From Atopobiaceae bacterium (GTDB lineage Bacteria; Actinomycetota; Coriobacteriia; Coriobacteriales; Atopobiaceae), in the NCBI GenBank assembly GCA_017545665.1, contig JAFWKQ010000034.1, positions 26,302 through 90,301 of the forward strand: a stretch of DNA of 64,000 bases. Reading direction: 5' to 3'. Shown piece by piece: positions 1-10,115 of this stretch (position 1 is its first letter; every line of letters begins with the position of its first letter). The position numbers were made by a program, and so were the translations under genes. A model generated the notes under the pieces. It was not told the origin of the DNA. It made no database searches and saw only the letters and a program-made list of their open reading frames with translations.

Positions 1-38
1 TTGGCTTCCACGCCTGCGCAATCATCGCGCACCAACGA

Positions 39-807
39 CTATATCCCCCAACTCTCAATAAACTCCTTAGCACTCCGATACGCTGAATCATCTAGATCTG
101 GATGACGTTCTAGCACTGCAGACAACCAATCGGTCGCGTGTCCGCCCGCATCGGGAACAAAGTGCTCCAACTCCCCACAGGGGACCGGATAGATGCCTCT
201 GCCTCTCAAACGAATCATCAATGCATCCAAGTTCATACGTTGATCACCACGAACAGCGTCCAGACCCATATCCTTAAGCTTTGACCAAGCACTCTTGCAA
301 CTTATAAGGGTGCGCAAGCTCTTTATCTCTCGCTTGTCCAGCCTTTCACCGTTGTAAGCATCGAGCATTCTCCGCACGTCTTCGCGCTTTGGCATTTTCT
401 TATCTTGCGATTCAAAGTATCGTGAAAGCACGTTGTAATCCGATTCGATCTCTGACCAATCACCACCGCACGACTCATACAAGTTTCTGATCTTTGCTCT
501 TTCGTTGAGTATGTCCAAGTCAGGTATTATGCGCAGGTCGATGCCCATTGGCCGTAGCGCCTTGGCAATCGCTGCCAGGCGGTCCTTGCCACCGCATGGA
601 ATAAACGCTGTTCTTCATATGCGCCCCCATCTTTTGCGAATCATTTCCATAAAGCTGTGAATTATTCTTTATGGTATCATAACTGTATTCAGCTTTCATA
701 AAGATTTCCTCTAGCCCTGCGAACCCCAGAGTCCCATCAATCAAGATCAATTGTTTAACGTCAAGCCCAGATACGCAACACAAATCTGGTAATTGCTGTA
801 AGACCAA
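39..807 (-). pseudogene. Remnant of an OLD-family/Toprim-like (DUF4435-like) nuclease; frameshifted and lacking an ATPase N-terminus
   Basis: Two overlapping minus-strand ORFs (39..548 and 520..807) lie in different frames. Reading across the junction gives ...PCGGKDRLAAIAKALRPMGIDLRIIPDLDILNE..., a Toprim-like G-G-K ... D-x-D pattern. No P-loop module is present upstream of 807. Confidence 0.35.
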
Positions 808-949
808 AACGCTGCCACACGCTCATAAGACGCCTCTGGCGTTGATATAGATACATCTTGCTGAATGCTCGTTGCCAGAAAGAAACGCTGTGGCATCCTG
901 ATTATATTGACAATTTTAATTGTCAACGACTAGCAAGGGGACAGGCCTT

Positions 950-1570
950 ATGGATGCAAAAGAGATTGCTGATACGCTGGAAAGGCATCAATCCTTGCTG
1001 GACTCTGGGGCGCTCAGCCAGGAGGAATTCAACGCTCTTAAGGCCAAACTATTGTCGGATGCCACAGCACATGACGAGACGTCAAAAGAGCAGGATAACC
1101 CGCAAAAGGTAGATGCCAACGCGGAGGTAGCCAACGCGGAGGTAGCCAAAGCGGAGGTAGCCAGCGCGGAGGTAGCCAGCGCGGAAGAGGAACTCCCCCC
1201 ACTTGAGGTCGTTATGTTCAGAGTGGATAAAGGCGATATGTCGACTACAACCGCCAAGATAAAGGACCCTCTTACCAACGAGGAATGGAAATACCCGAAG
1301 AACTACTCCACAAAACTGTCTGAGCATCCAAAGGTCGGATACCATGCGCTGGCAAACATGATAGAGCAGGACACCGGAAGAATAGTAAAAAGGCACTCAT
1401 CATGGGAAAGAGACGACCGACCCGTAGAGGTATTCTTCGAGTGGGGCAAGGATCGCCATCTAAACGCCAGGCTTAGGCTTCCAGAGGCCAGCGAAGAGAT
1501 AAGGTACGGGAAGCACTTTGTTTTTCCTAAAAACACCAACCCGAAAGAATTTTGCCAGGGAGTGGCTTGA
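950..1570 (+). CDS. SHOCT-domain protein with an internal (AEVAx)n repeat; function unknown
   Basis: ATG at 950 is preceded by AAGGGGA (the ORF track starts at TTG 920). The N-terminal motif LLDSGALSQEEFNALKAKLL is SHOCT-like. It is followed by a repeat linker and a ~120-aa C-terminal domain with no recognisable motif. Confidence 0.55.
   Translation: MDAKEIADTLERHQSLLDSGALSQEEFNALKAKLLSDATAHDETSKEQDNPQKVDANAEVANAEVAKAEVASAEVASAEEELPPLEVVMFRVDKGDMSTTTAKIKDPLTNEEWKYPKNYSTKLSEHPKVGYHALANMIEQDTGRIVKRHSSWERDDRPVEVFFEWGKDRHLNARLRLPEASEEIRYGKHFVFPKNTNPKEFCQGVA
1121..1180 (+). repeat. Four tandem copies of the 15-bp unit GCGGAGGTAGCCAAC (in-frame, coding AEVAN/K/S)
   Basis: Read directly: gcggaggtagccaac / gcggaggtagccaaa / gcggaggtagccagc / gcggaggtagccagc, with partial units on both sides. 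Confidence 0.9.
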
Positions 1571-1639
1571 GATATCGAGCGGGATCTTGGCAGGCCTGTA
1601 AGGTGGCACGCGCCTGAGGGCAAGGCTGATAATATAAGT

Positions 1640-2161
1640 ATGGCGAAGATTGTTGCCATCGTGGTTGGATCGGTTGCCGGGTTGCTTGTCGTGGCTCTTG
1701 TTGTGGGATCCATGCTGCTGGCATTGTTAAGTAAGAATGGCTCTTCCAGCAGCCGGAAGACAACCACAGCAACGAGAAATATCGACACGTCTTACGACCC
1801 GGTTGATGCCTACTTGAACGCTAAGGAGTTCGAAACCCTTAAGACCAACATCAAAGTCGCGGGTTCGGATCTAGATAAGATAGTTGCAAACGGCGATACT
1901 TCAGAAATCAAACTTAGAAGATCGCTAGTTTGGAGCGCTCTCCGCGAGTTCGAGGCACTCTCAGCTCCATCAAAATGCAAAACCATGCGAGACAACTACG
2001 TCTATGCATCTGAGAATCTGGTATACGGACTAGATTATTATTACGACTATTTTACGAAGTCGAAAACTAGCGGAATTTGGGCTAATGCAGACGCATGTAT
2101 CAAAGAGGCAACAAACTATTTAAATATAGCTATGGATGAGGAAGAGAATCTGAAGTACTAG
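1640..2161 (+). CDS. Membrane-anchored hypothetical protein
   Basis: 173-aa ORF with one N-terminal hydrophobic helix (IVAIVVGSVAGLLVVALVVGSMLLALL), then a Ser/Thr linker and a soluble helical domain. Confidence 0.5.
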   Translation: MAKIVAIVVGSVAGLLVVALVVGSMLLALLSKNGSSSSRKTTTATRNIDTSYDPVDAYLNAKEFETLKTNIKVAGSDLDKIVANGDTSEIKLRRSLVWSALREFEALSAPSKCKTMRDNYVYASENLVYGLDYYYDYFTKSKTSGIWANADACIKEATNYLNIAMDEEENLKY

Positions 2162-2488
2162 CTGAGACTATCATACGCATCTCTGATACATGTGTATACG
2201 ATACGTCCCGCACCCAAGCGGTTGACGTTCGCCTAGAACAAAGCCCCTGGCCTGTTAATCCACGGGCTCGGTGGCGTTACGCTTGCCGCCATGCAGAAAC
2301 GGACGAATCTACCGCAAACAGGAAAAGAGCTTTTGACGCAAGAACATGACTTGAAATCCGAGCACGCAACAACAATCGCGCTGGACTAGCACACGAGAAC
2401 GATGATTTCCACGCTCACTCTGTCTGGGTAAGCAGTCCGCGGCAAAAACTCTTAACATGTATGCCCTCAGATGTCACTAAAGCAAACC

Positions 2489-5400
2489 TTACGATAAAAG
2501 CCGTACGTTGTCCATCCCGCTCTGTGACTCATCGAATTGAGCGTTTGCATGCTCGAAGACTTCATCGTTCCACACCCTTATAACGTTGGAGTAAAACAGG
2601 CGCTGCACGGAGAGCACGACGTTGGACGGCCTGTACATGAGCATGTCTGTCTTGTGGATCGCTCCCACCACGCTGGCGTCTACCTCCCGCTTCACAAGCG
2701 GTTCCCGCTCGCTCGAGGCATCTTGTAGCAGCATCTCATAGAAGGGCAGAAGGTGACGCGCGTGACTCTTCAGGAGCGAATCGAGGTGATCGTATTCGAT
2801 CCTGTCATCAATGCTTGTCGCGAAATAGAACTTCAGCCTTCCGGTAAAGGGATCCAGATACACATGGTTGAAGAGGTCAATGTCCACTATGCATCCATGT
2901 ACCCTGCCCTCGCCACCGAACGCCCTCACCTCTTCTGCAATTGTGTTGATGGCACTCATGTACGACGAAAACGCTTTCTTGACCAGGCTCACGTACGGAA
3001 TCATGCGCTCAAAGTAGTATTTGGGGTCCTGTTTCTCGATCTTGTTAATCCGGCCGCCTGACAAAAGGTACATGTCTCCCGTCCGCTCCCACTTGAACAG
3101 GAACAAGTACACGGACTCCCGCTTGAGCATGAGAATCTGACCCTTCCGATTAAAGGAACCAATAGGTATGCCCCTGGTCCGGTTGAAGTCAAGGTAGTCG
3201 ACGTGCTCCACCTCATGTATGCCGTCGGACAGACGGCGGAACGGGTCGTAGCGACCCTCCACGTAGAAGCGCTTAAGTCCCGCGACCTGTCTGCTATAAC
3301 CGATCTGGTTGTCCGCATATGCCCTGGCATCGCCCTCCTCCACAAACGTGTTGCGATGCGTATGCCCGCTGACGTATACCCAGCCAGGCTGATAGTCGAG
3401 AGATGACCAGTTCGACATGGGGGTGTGCGTCGCCACTATGACGTTCGCGTCCGGCGCGAGCCTTCGGATTCTCTCGTGCAGCTTAGAAAACTTGTCGGAC
3501 AGAGCAGTGTCTTCTGCTCTGCTCGTGACTACGTCACGGTATAAGCCTTTCTCCGCGTTGTACTCATCGCAGAGCCCCGAAAAGCCGATGCCGCCGAGTA
3601 TGACATAGCTGCTCCGATGCAGATAGCTCGTCAGCTTATTGTCATCCTCATCCCTGAGCTGATCCTCGCTTATGTAATAGGGCTCCATTCCCCTATAAAG
3701 CACAAGCGCTTGGTTCTGGAGAAGACATATGCCCCTAAAGCTACCCAACATTTCGCGATACTTGTCAACGACGTCGCCGACCGCAGGCGTGCGTCTCCCT
3801 TTCGGGCCATCGCCCGACCAATCCCACAGCTCGTGGTTGCCAAGAACGCAGACAATCCTGCCTTCCCAGGCCTTCCTTAGCGCTCTGAAGAATATCTCCG
3901 CCACTTCTATGTTGAACGACGTGTCGCCTAGCACGAGAAGTACGTTCGTACGCTCTGATTCCGGTACGCTCTCGGCCAGCCCGACAGCGATACCTGTGAG
4001 GAAGTCCAATATCTGGCGCTCGGTCGCCTCTGTAGGGAACTTGTTCACGAGCATATGGTTCAAATGAAGATCGCTCACATAGTAGAAAGGGCGCCCAAAT
4101 TCGAACCGCTTGGGTGGGGTCATGTCCCTCACCGCACAAGTCAGAGACACGCATTCACTCGGGTTGCGGACTTCAGGAAAACTAACCCAAGCAGACACGA
4201 GCCTGTAGTATGCTGCGCTGTCGTACGCGCCTATTCGCCTGAGTGTCTCCACGGGAACGTTCACAGACGAGATGTCGTGCCTCGAGGCGTCGTAGTCATC
4301 AAACGAGTAGTCTCTGAACTCAACCATAGAGAGGTCACCGCCCAGCAGCGCGTCGAGTTCGTCCAGACTCTTTGGTCTAGATGTGAAATTGAAGATGTCA
4401 ATATATCCGTCGTCGTTGGCGAATGGACGCATGCTCAAAAAGACGCGCTCACAGTCGCATGAAATTGATTCGGTAACTACGAAGTGAAGGCTCTTCTTTA
4501 TCCATCTTGCGCCGGTCGTCCTTCTCATGCCTAGCCGTCTCATGAGCCGCGCAACGACTGGATCGCGCAGGCAGTCCCTCCCGATGCTCTTCAGCGCCTC
4601 CATCTCTCCTAGCGTCGGTAGCGAGGACTGGTTCCCCTCCGCATCGAGGAACGAGGTAAGCCAGCCGATAAGCATGCTTGTAGTAACCAACTTCCGCGGT
4701 ACGAAAGGGAATGCCTTCGGGTTTCTTGAACACGCCTCTTCGCAGATGTCGCTGGTCTTCTCCTTCTGGGGGAAGTACTGGAGCGCGAGCGGGCACTGCC
4801 CGAACGCCAAATCCAGCAGCTCGCGAGAGGGTCTAGGGACGAAGTGGATGGTCCTCCAATCGCGAGAAACTGCGTCGTACGCGAAATCGTTTAGGAGTCG
4901 TGGTGGTACGTAGCGGATGCATACTGGCTTGTCATCGACGGCTGCCCTGCACATCTCAGGAGTAACCAGTCGGCTCGGGACGCTGCCCAGGGCCTCCCCA
5001 TCGTTGGCAACGGCAATCGCTGCGACCTCTGCATCGATGAGCTTTTCCGGTACGTGCTTCAGAAGCGAGCCGTGTGACGCGACGGCGGCAAGTGCCATCT
5101 CCCTATCGCAGAAACGGCAGGGTATGTACTGAATCGAACGCGCGTCAGATTCGAAAGCGGTTCGCGAAATCTTTTTCGAAATACGCCTCTTAGGCACATA
5201 GCGCAGGGCCAAACCATTGGATTTGACCATAGACAGAAACAGCTCCCTACTTTGCTCGTCCGCCGGCACCAGCTCTATTGCGGCGGGGTTGCTACGGACC
5301 GCATCCTCGTAGATGCCCTCGTATCGGCAGTTGGCAGGAACATAGTGCAGGGCCAGCCCATTACTCTCCACTTCCATCTTGTAGAGACGAGGGTTTCTCC

Positions 5401-5674
5401 TGAGTATCATCTTCGACACGTAGGTCAAGGCACAGCCGTTTTGTCGAAGCGCCGTAACCACTTCTTCTAGCGTTTGCTCAGACTTCTTTATTCCTTTCAA
5501 GGCACAACCGTTCATACTGAGCGCAAGAAGTCGATGCTCCGGACATGACTTCACGACAGTTTTTGCCATGTAGAAATACTCAGACAGGTACTCAACCATC
5601 TGCTCGCTTGTTAGTCCGTTACGATACGCGTCCACGTCGAGCTTTGTCTTTGAAGTCAGTCCCTCTGTTGACAT
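2489..5674 (-). CDS. DUF4116-repeat protein fused to a calcineurin-like metallophosphoesterase
   Basis: 1061-aa ORF with GAGGAA 5 nt upstream of the ATG. The N-terminal half has at least 6 DUF4116-type repeats (NGCALTYVSK, SNGLALHYVP, SNGLALRYVPK, SHGSLLKHVP, NDGEALGSVP). The C-terminal half has the phosphoesterase motif series SDLHLNH / LGDTSFN / LGNHELWD / ATHTP / SGHTHRN. Confidence 0.75.
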   Translation of the reverse strand: MSTEGLTSKTKLDVDAYRNGLTSEQMVEYLSEYFYMAKTVVKSCPEHRLLALSMNGCALKGIKKSEQTLEEVVTALRQNGCALTYVSKMILRRNPRLYKMEVESNGLALHYVPANCRYEGIYEDAVRSNPAAIELVPADEQSRELFLSMVKSNGLALRYVPKRRISKKISRTAFESDARSIQYIPCRFCDREMALAAVASHGSLLKHVPEKLIDAEVAAIAVANDGEALGSVPSRLVTPEMCRAAVDDKPVCIRYVPPRLLNDFAYDAVSRDWRTIHFVPRPSRELLDLAFGQCPLALQYFPQKEKTSDICEEACSRNPKAFPFVPRKLVTTSMLIGWLTSFLDAEGNQSSLPTLGEMEALKSIGRDCLRDPVVARLMRRLGMRRTTGARWIKKSLHFVVTESISCDCERVFLSMRPFANDDGYIDIFNFTSRPKSLDELDALLGGDLSMVEFRDYSFDDYDASRHDISSVNVPVETLRRIGAYDSAAYYRLVSAWVSFPEVRNPSECVSLTCAVRDMTPPKRFEFGRPFYYVSDLHLNHMLVNKFPTEATERQILDFLTGIAVGLAESVPESERTNVLLVLGDTSFNIEVAEIFFRALRKAWEGRIVCVLGNHELWDWSGDGPKGRRTPAVGDVVDKYREMLGSFRGICLLQNQALVLYRGMEPYYISEDQLRDEDDNKLTSYLHRSSYVILGGIGFSGLCDEYNAEKGLYRDVVTSRAEDTALSDKFSKLHERIRRLAPDANVIVATHTPMSNWSSLDYQPGWVYVSGHTHRNTFVEEGDARAYADNQIGYSRQVAGLKRFYVEGRYDPFRRLSDGIHEVEHVDYLDFNRTRGIPIGSFNRKGQILMLKRESVYLFLFKWERTGDMYLLSGGRINKIEKQDPKYYFERMIPYVSLVKKAFSSYMSAINTIAEEVRAFGGEGRVHGCIVDIDLFNHVYLDPFTGRLKFYFATSIDDRIEYDHLDSLLKSHARHLLPFYEMLLQDASSEREPLVKREVDASVVGAIHKTDMLMYRPSNVVLSVQRLFYSNVIRVWNDEVFEHANAQFDESQSGMDNVRLLS

Positions 5675-6120
5675 GGTTGTTCCTCGCCACTTCGTACTAT
5701 GCTGCTAGTAAAATATCATTTTACATTCGAGACATTACTTTCCATATGTATATTTTGGGGCACGAGTATTCTTATGGGCAGCAAGGAGCTACCGCGGAGT
5801 ACCAATCGCCTCAACAGCTGTATGAGCACGACAAAGACGCCGCACGCGAGCGCATTGTGCTGACGATGATTCCTTACTACAAGGAGGCTGCACGATATAA
5901 GTAATCACCCAAGGCAGCGCATACCATAGCAGCTGCTTGATGTCCAACATCTGCACCCCGTCCTCAATAGCCGTTGTCTCCGACTCCCGCACTCCAGGCT
6001 TCACAGCGAGGGCTGATTCGACATGCGTTTACCCAGCTACGAATCCTTGCGAGACAATCACTGCCGGCTCACTTTGTCATTAGCTTTAGCCGCTTGTTGC
6101 TGTAAGCCTATACTCACCTG

Positions 6121-6556
6121 TGATTATTCCAGGCCAAAACGGCCATCGTTCCAAGCCGTCAGTCCACCGTTCCAGGCGTCGGCACCCGTTACGGGCTAAT
6201 GGCCACCCTTTGCTCTGTGTGCGTGCCTACCGCCATCGTAAAATGCCCTCGGGACAACGATGGGCTGGAGTGTCACAGCGTCGCAAGCATTACGAAGGCA
6301 TCGATCTCGGATAGCTGAGTGCCATCATTGCCATCAGATCGAAGTGCGTGCTTTTAAAGTGATGTATCGCTGTCCGTCGAGCGTAAACAATCGTCATCGC
6401 TGTCCAGTCCGAGATCTCGAGGCTTGAAGAAAACTTGCCGTCTAACCTTCAACGAAGATCAGGGCGGACCGATATGACTGGAACAATGGACCGTTTTCGT
6501 TGGAATGGTGGACCGCTGGTTTTTGGAGAGGATGCCGGTTTGCTCTGGAATATTCA
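6121..6556. mobile_element. MITE-like non-autonomous element A (436 bp) with inverted termini, phased subterminal repeats and flanking CACCTG duplication
   Basis: The left tip TGATTATTCCAGG and right tip CTCTGGAATATTCA are inverted repeats. CACCTG occurs at 6115-6120 and 6557-6562. The TTCCA/TGGAA cores recur at about 22-bp spacing (6127, 6149, 6170, 6189 and 6479, 6501, 6524, 6546). No ORF lies inside. Confidence 0.65.
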
Positions 6557-6580
6557 CACCTGGCGGGCAATCAAAACCAA

Positions 6581-7278
6581 CTAGGCATCTACCCTCTCCG
6601 CTAGGCTACCTTTTGCAGGCGTTGCATCGCCTTTAGCGACAAACGAATCATGCTCCACCACAAGACATTGCCCGTCACTTACGGTGATGTACTCATAAAT
6701 ATCGAAGTTCGAATTCTCGAGAATGCCCCCTTTAGAAATGTCAGGACACACACAGAAATAACTGTGGTCGGAAGCTGTAAGCTTGTACTCGCCAGCTGAA
6801 CAGTCTTTTCCAACCCTATAGGTTACGGCAGCATACACTTTGGCCTTCTGCGCCGACTCGCTTATGTCCGAACTGTTCTGCGACGTGGCAGATGCGTTGC
6901 CTTTGGGTTTCGCCGTAGAGCAAGAGCCATCGGAAGTCCGCGTTTTCTTATCATTAAGAGAATCCTTGATTTGGCCTTGCCAATGGTATTGAGCGCATCA
7001 ATCTCCGATTCTGGGATGCCTGACATCGAGACAACCTCTTTGAACGACTCAACTTATCCGCTTTGTGGTTTGACAGACTCGAAAACGGATTTGAACGCTG
7101 GAACAAAGTCGTCGCTTACGGAAGCAAGTGCTTCATCATGCATAATAGTAAATCCGTTTGCGGTTATTAAACAAAGCTCCGAAACGTGAACCTCCAAGGA
7201 GTTTACTTCTTTATTCCAGGAAAATCTCCTAGTCGGAAGGCCATCGACCTCAGTACTTTCGTAGCTTGCGCTACCCAT
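6581..7278 (-). pseudogene. Fragmented hypothetical gene (in-frame stop plus frameshift)
   Basis: ORFs 7054..7278 and 6581..6838 are colinear. The sequence between them reads on after a TAA (…KPQSG*VESFKEVVSMSGIPESEIDALNTIGKAK…) and then shifts frame into …KDSLNDKKTRTSDGS…KAKVYAAVTYRVGKD…. No recognisable domain. Confidence 0.3.
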
Positions 7279-7531
7279 AATTACGCCTTCTTCGACAAGG
7301 ATATTAGAGTAATAAATGTACAGATCGCAGCTTTCGAACGCCTATTCGTGCGCCCGCACGTCCTTCTTCTCCAGATGATGAAGGTACCAGAGTACAGGAA
7401 GGGCAGTTAAAGCAGCTATAGAAAATGTTGACTCACCCGACGTATCAAGCATGCTGGAGCGTGAGTTTATAATTGAAGTTGAGCCTGTTAGCGAATTCCC
7501 TCAAAAGATTTATGGCATTAAGGAGCACATC

Positions 7532-8473
7532 GTGAATACGAAAAACATCTTGGGGTATGTCCTCGGTGTATTTTTGAGCATCCTTCTCCTCTATTTCGTG
7601 TCATCCGATCTGGGCACCAGTTTTGCAAATGCAGTAAACAGCCTTTCTATAACAAGCGCAAAGAGCAATACGAATAGCGCAAAAATTAAGGTGAAGACCG
7701 ACGAACTCAGTAAACTAATTCGTGAATATGAGAGCGATATTGTAATCACGTGCGAAGGAGGCTCCAACGCCAAATACAAAAGCGAAATCAACAAGGCAAA
7801 AGCAATGCTAGACGGCTCAAAAATGACGCAAAAAGAAGTTGAAAGCATGTGCACGTCCCTAGCACACAGCAGGGACGTAGCGCTGGAGGAAACAGCCAAC
7901 CAATTCGCGTTGCCCGAGATTCAAGGTGAATGGCATGGTGTGCGACGAGAAAAGCACGAGGTACACTACGAGGAAATCTACAACGCTCCGAACTCAACAA
8001 GCGGGTATGATGAAGAAATATACAAGACGGACATCGGCAGCTACGCATATGCAGGCGATCTCGATGTACAAGGAACGACGATAATCAACAATGGACCTGA
8101 GTATCATTGGTTTGGAAAGGAACAAGACACTGTATATGGAGCAAGACACGAGATAGATGCCTGCTTCCTCAGGAGGGGTACGGATGTCGTCGACGAAAAA
8201 CTATTCTATTCGGATAGCGAGCAACATGAGTTTAAAGTCAGCTCAAAGTATGACGTGTACGGGTATCGAACAACGATCACACCTAGCGACCAGATAGCAG
8301 AGAAAACCTATCCGTTATCGCAAAGTATGTGGTACCTCATGCGCAGCGGTGATGGAGATCGTCTCGTGTGGATGAGGGTCTTCAAAGACACGAGGAATCA
8401 CGACTCATCATACCAAAAAACAGATTACAAGCGACAATACTATACCGTTGTAAAATACATCTGGACTCGCTAA
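7532..8473 (+). CDS. Membrane-anchored hypothetical protein
   Basis: GTG at 7532 lies 6 nt after AAGGAG, a better start than the ORF-track ATG at 7451. An N-terminal TM helix (ILGYVLGVFLSILLLYFV) precedes a ~280-aa soluble domain with no recognised motif. Confidence 0.5.
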   Translation: MNTKNILGYVLGVFLSILLLYFVSSDLGTSFANAVNSLSITSAKSNTNSAKIKVKTDELSKLIREYESDIVITCEGGSNAKYKSEINKAKAMLDGSKMTQKEVESMCTSLAHSRDVALEETANQFALPEIQGEWHGVRREKHEVHYEEIYNAPNSTSGYDEEIYKTDIGSYAYAGDLDVQGTTIINNGPEYHWFGKEQDTVYGARHEIDACFLRRGTDVVDEKLFYSDSEQHEFKVSSKYDVYGYRTTITPSDQIAEKTYPLSQSMWYLMRSGDGDRLVWMRVFKDTRNHDSSYQKTDYKRQYYTVVKYIWTR

Positions 8474-8520
8474 CCAACGACGAATGGCAGTTTAAATAAG
8501 CGGTAGCGAGTGATGATATC

Positions 8521-9123
8521 TTAACACCGGTCGACTCCCTTCAGCCTGGTCAGCGCGTCAACGTAGGGCTCGGACCTCTCGTTCTCGGAGAGCTCGATGC
8601 ACTTTCGCCTGATTTCGTTGCAGCGGTCGAGTCCGTCGAGCACGCCCTTCAGGTAGAACTTTAGGGTCTGCCTCTCGGTCCCGACGGGCAGTCTGATCGA
8701 CTTGGCCACTTTATGTAGTCCCTGGTCCACGTGGGCCTCAGGTTCCCCATGGGCGTCCTCTCGTTCCAGACGATGCCGTGGCGCAGCAGCATTGCCGAGA
8801 ACCGCGTCTTCAGCCTTGGTCGCCAACACCATGTCGTAGTATGCGCGGCAGAGGTCGCGGGGCGCCTCTGACTCCTCGCTCGGTGCGTATACTGTCTTGC
8901 ATTTGCAACTCGGAGCCGTGACGGCCTCGAAAAGAGACTGCGCATCCCTCCTGTCGTCCTTGAGCCACCTGTCTTCCGTGCTCCTGGGTATGATCGTCAC
9001 GGCTATGATGTCGCAGAATATTCCCATCGCGCGAATCTCGCGCGCAAGCTGGAACCCGCACGGCCCCGACTCGTAGACGAACCTCAGCGGCTTGGTGGCC
9101 CACTTCGCCTGACTAGTAGGCAT
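8521..9123 (-). mobile_element. IS110-family transposase remnant (truncated at both ends, internally frameshifted)
   Basis: …FVYESGPCGFQLAREIRAMGI…DRRDAQSL… matches the IS110 DEDD-domain core. The continuation (RLKTRFSAMLLRHGIVWNERTPMGNLRPTWTRDYIKW) sits in a second frame (ORF 8661..8945). The N-terminal ~60 aa and the C-terminal HhH region are missing. Confidence 0.7.
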
Positions 9124-9223
9124 AGTGGATCAATCGCCGTGATGTGATTCCATGCTATGCTATGTTTTGATTAGTTTTGTATAGCAAATTGTTACTGGGA
9201 GTTTCGGGTTACAGGAGTTACTT

Positions 9224-9967
9224 TTGCGCTATCGCGATATTTCACATAAGAATCCAGCGCCAGGAGTTCAATTACCGGCTTTTGTTGTATCGGAGTATGA
9301 CGGTGGAAACCTACTACTTTACTCACATGGAAGCTTCGACATATGGTGTGTGTACTATGCCATACGATTAGATAGACCGGCGAGGTATATTGGGAAGAGA
9401 GCAGGTGCTTCTTACCCGCTTAGACTTGACACTATCCAAGTCAACGAAATGACCGGAACTCAGACAGATTTCACCGGAAATTTGCTTCCTTCTATTACAC
9501 TCGAATACGATTCAAGAGTAAACAAGTACAGTTTTGATGCACCAGAAGATGTGAAGTACATGCAGGAGATTAGGGACCTGGCAACGAAATACGGCCAGGA
9601 TAGAGTTTGGAATTCATTTCTGACTATTTATGATTCGATTCCACAAGAACGTGGAGTAAGAATTAACAGGAGGATGACCGAGACGGTCACGAGTGTTGCC
9701 TCACAGTATCCCATGGAGACTGGCTTACGCCTAACGCTAGACTGCCTCCTCTGCGCAATGATTGCGGAGAATAATCGATTGCGAAAATATGGCTCAAGTT
9801 ATGACACGAAACTAGGAAAGAAAGTAAAGGCCCTTGGTATTCATCAAGCAATATACGAAACGCAACTTAGCATACGTCAGGTAGCGGACTATTCGAAAGA
9901 CAAATCCTGGAAGTGGATATCAAAGGAATGTCGGAATCGAGATATCTTGACACCCGATTTTAGTTAA
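9224..9967 (+). CDS. Hypothetical protein in an AT-richer segment
   Basis: 247-aa ORF starting at TTG with no recognisable motifs. It lies next to the IS110 remnant in sequence that is visibly AT-richer. Confidence 0.4.
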   Translation: MRYRDISHKNPAPGVQLPAFVVSEYDGGNLLLYSHGSFDIWCVYYAIRLDRPARYIGKRAGASYPLRLDTIQVNEMTGTQTDFTGNLLPSITLEYDSRVNKYSFDAPEDVKYMQEIRDLATKYGQDRVWNSFLTIYDSIPQERGVRINRRMTETVTSVASQYPMETGLRLTLDCLLCAMIAENNRLRKYGSSYDTKLGKKVKALGIHQAIYETQLSIRQVADYSKDKSWKWISKECRNRDILTPDFS

Positions 9968-10115
9968 TTAAGTGTTAAACGCGATGCTTCTCTCACCTGT
10001 TTAATCGTAGTACGCCACTCCATTGAACAATGGAGTGGCGTACTTGTGAACGATAGCGCTCGTCTAACACACTCAGGAATAAACTATATGCTTTCGTGAA
10101 GAATTATAGGAACTC

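Noticed and set aside
5746-5904. Small ORF MYILGHEYSYGQQGATAEYQSPQQLYEHDKDAARERIVLTMIPYYKEAARYK
   Set aside because: It has no RBS and no recognisable family, and it lies in the promoter region of the DUF4116 gene. The evidence is too weak to call.
6121-6556. Interpretation of the 22-bp-phased repeats as plasmid-type iterons/oriV or a regulator-binding array
   Set aside because: The units are arranged as inverted sets ending in matching terminal inverted repeats. The same ends bound a second copy with a different interior. One copy visibly interrupts a coding sequence. All three observations favour a transposable element.
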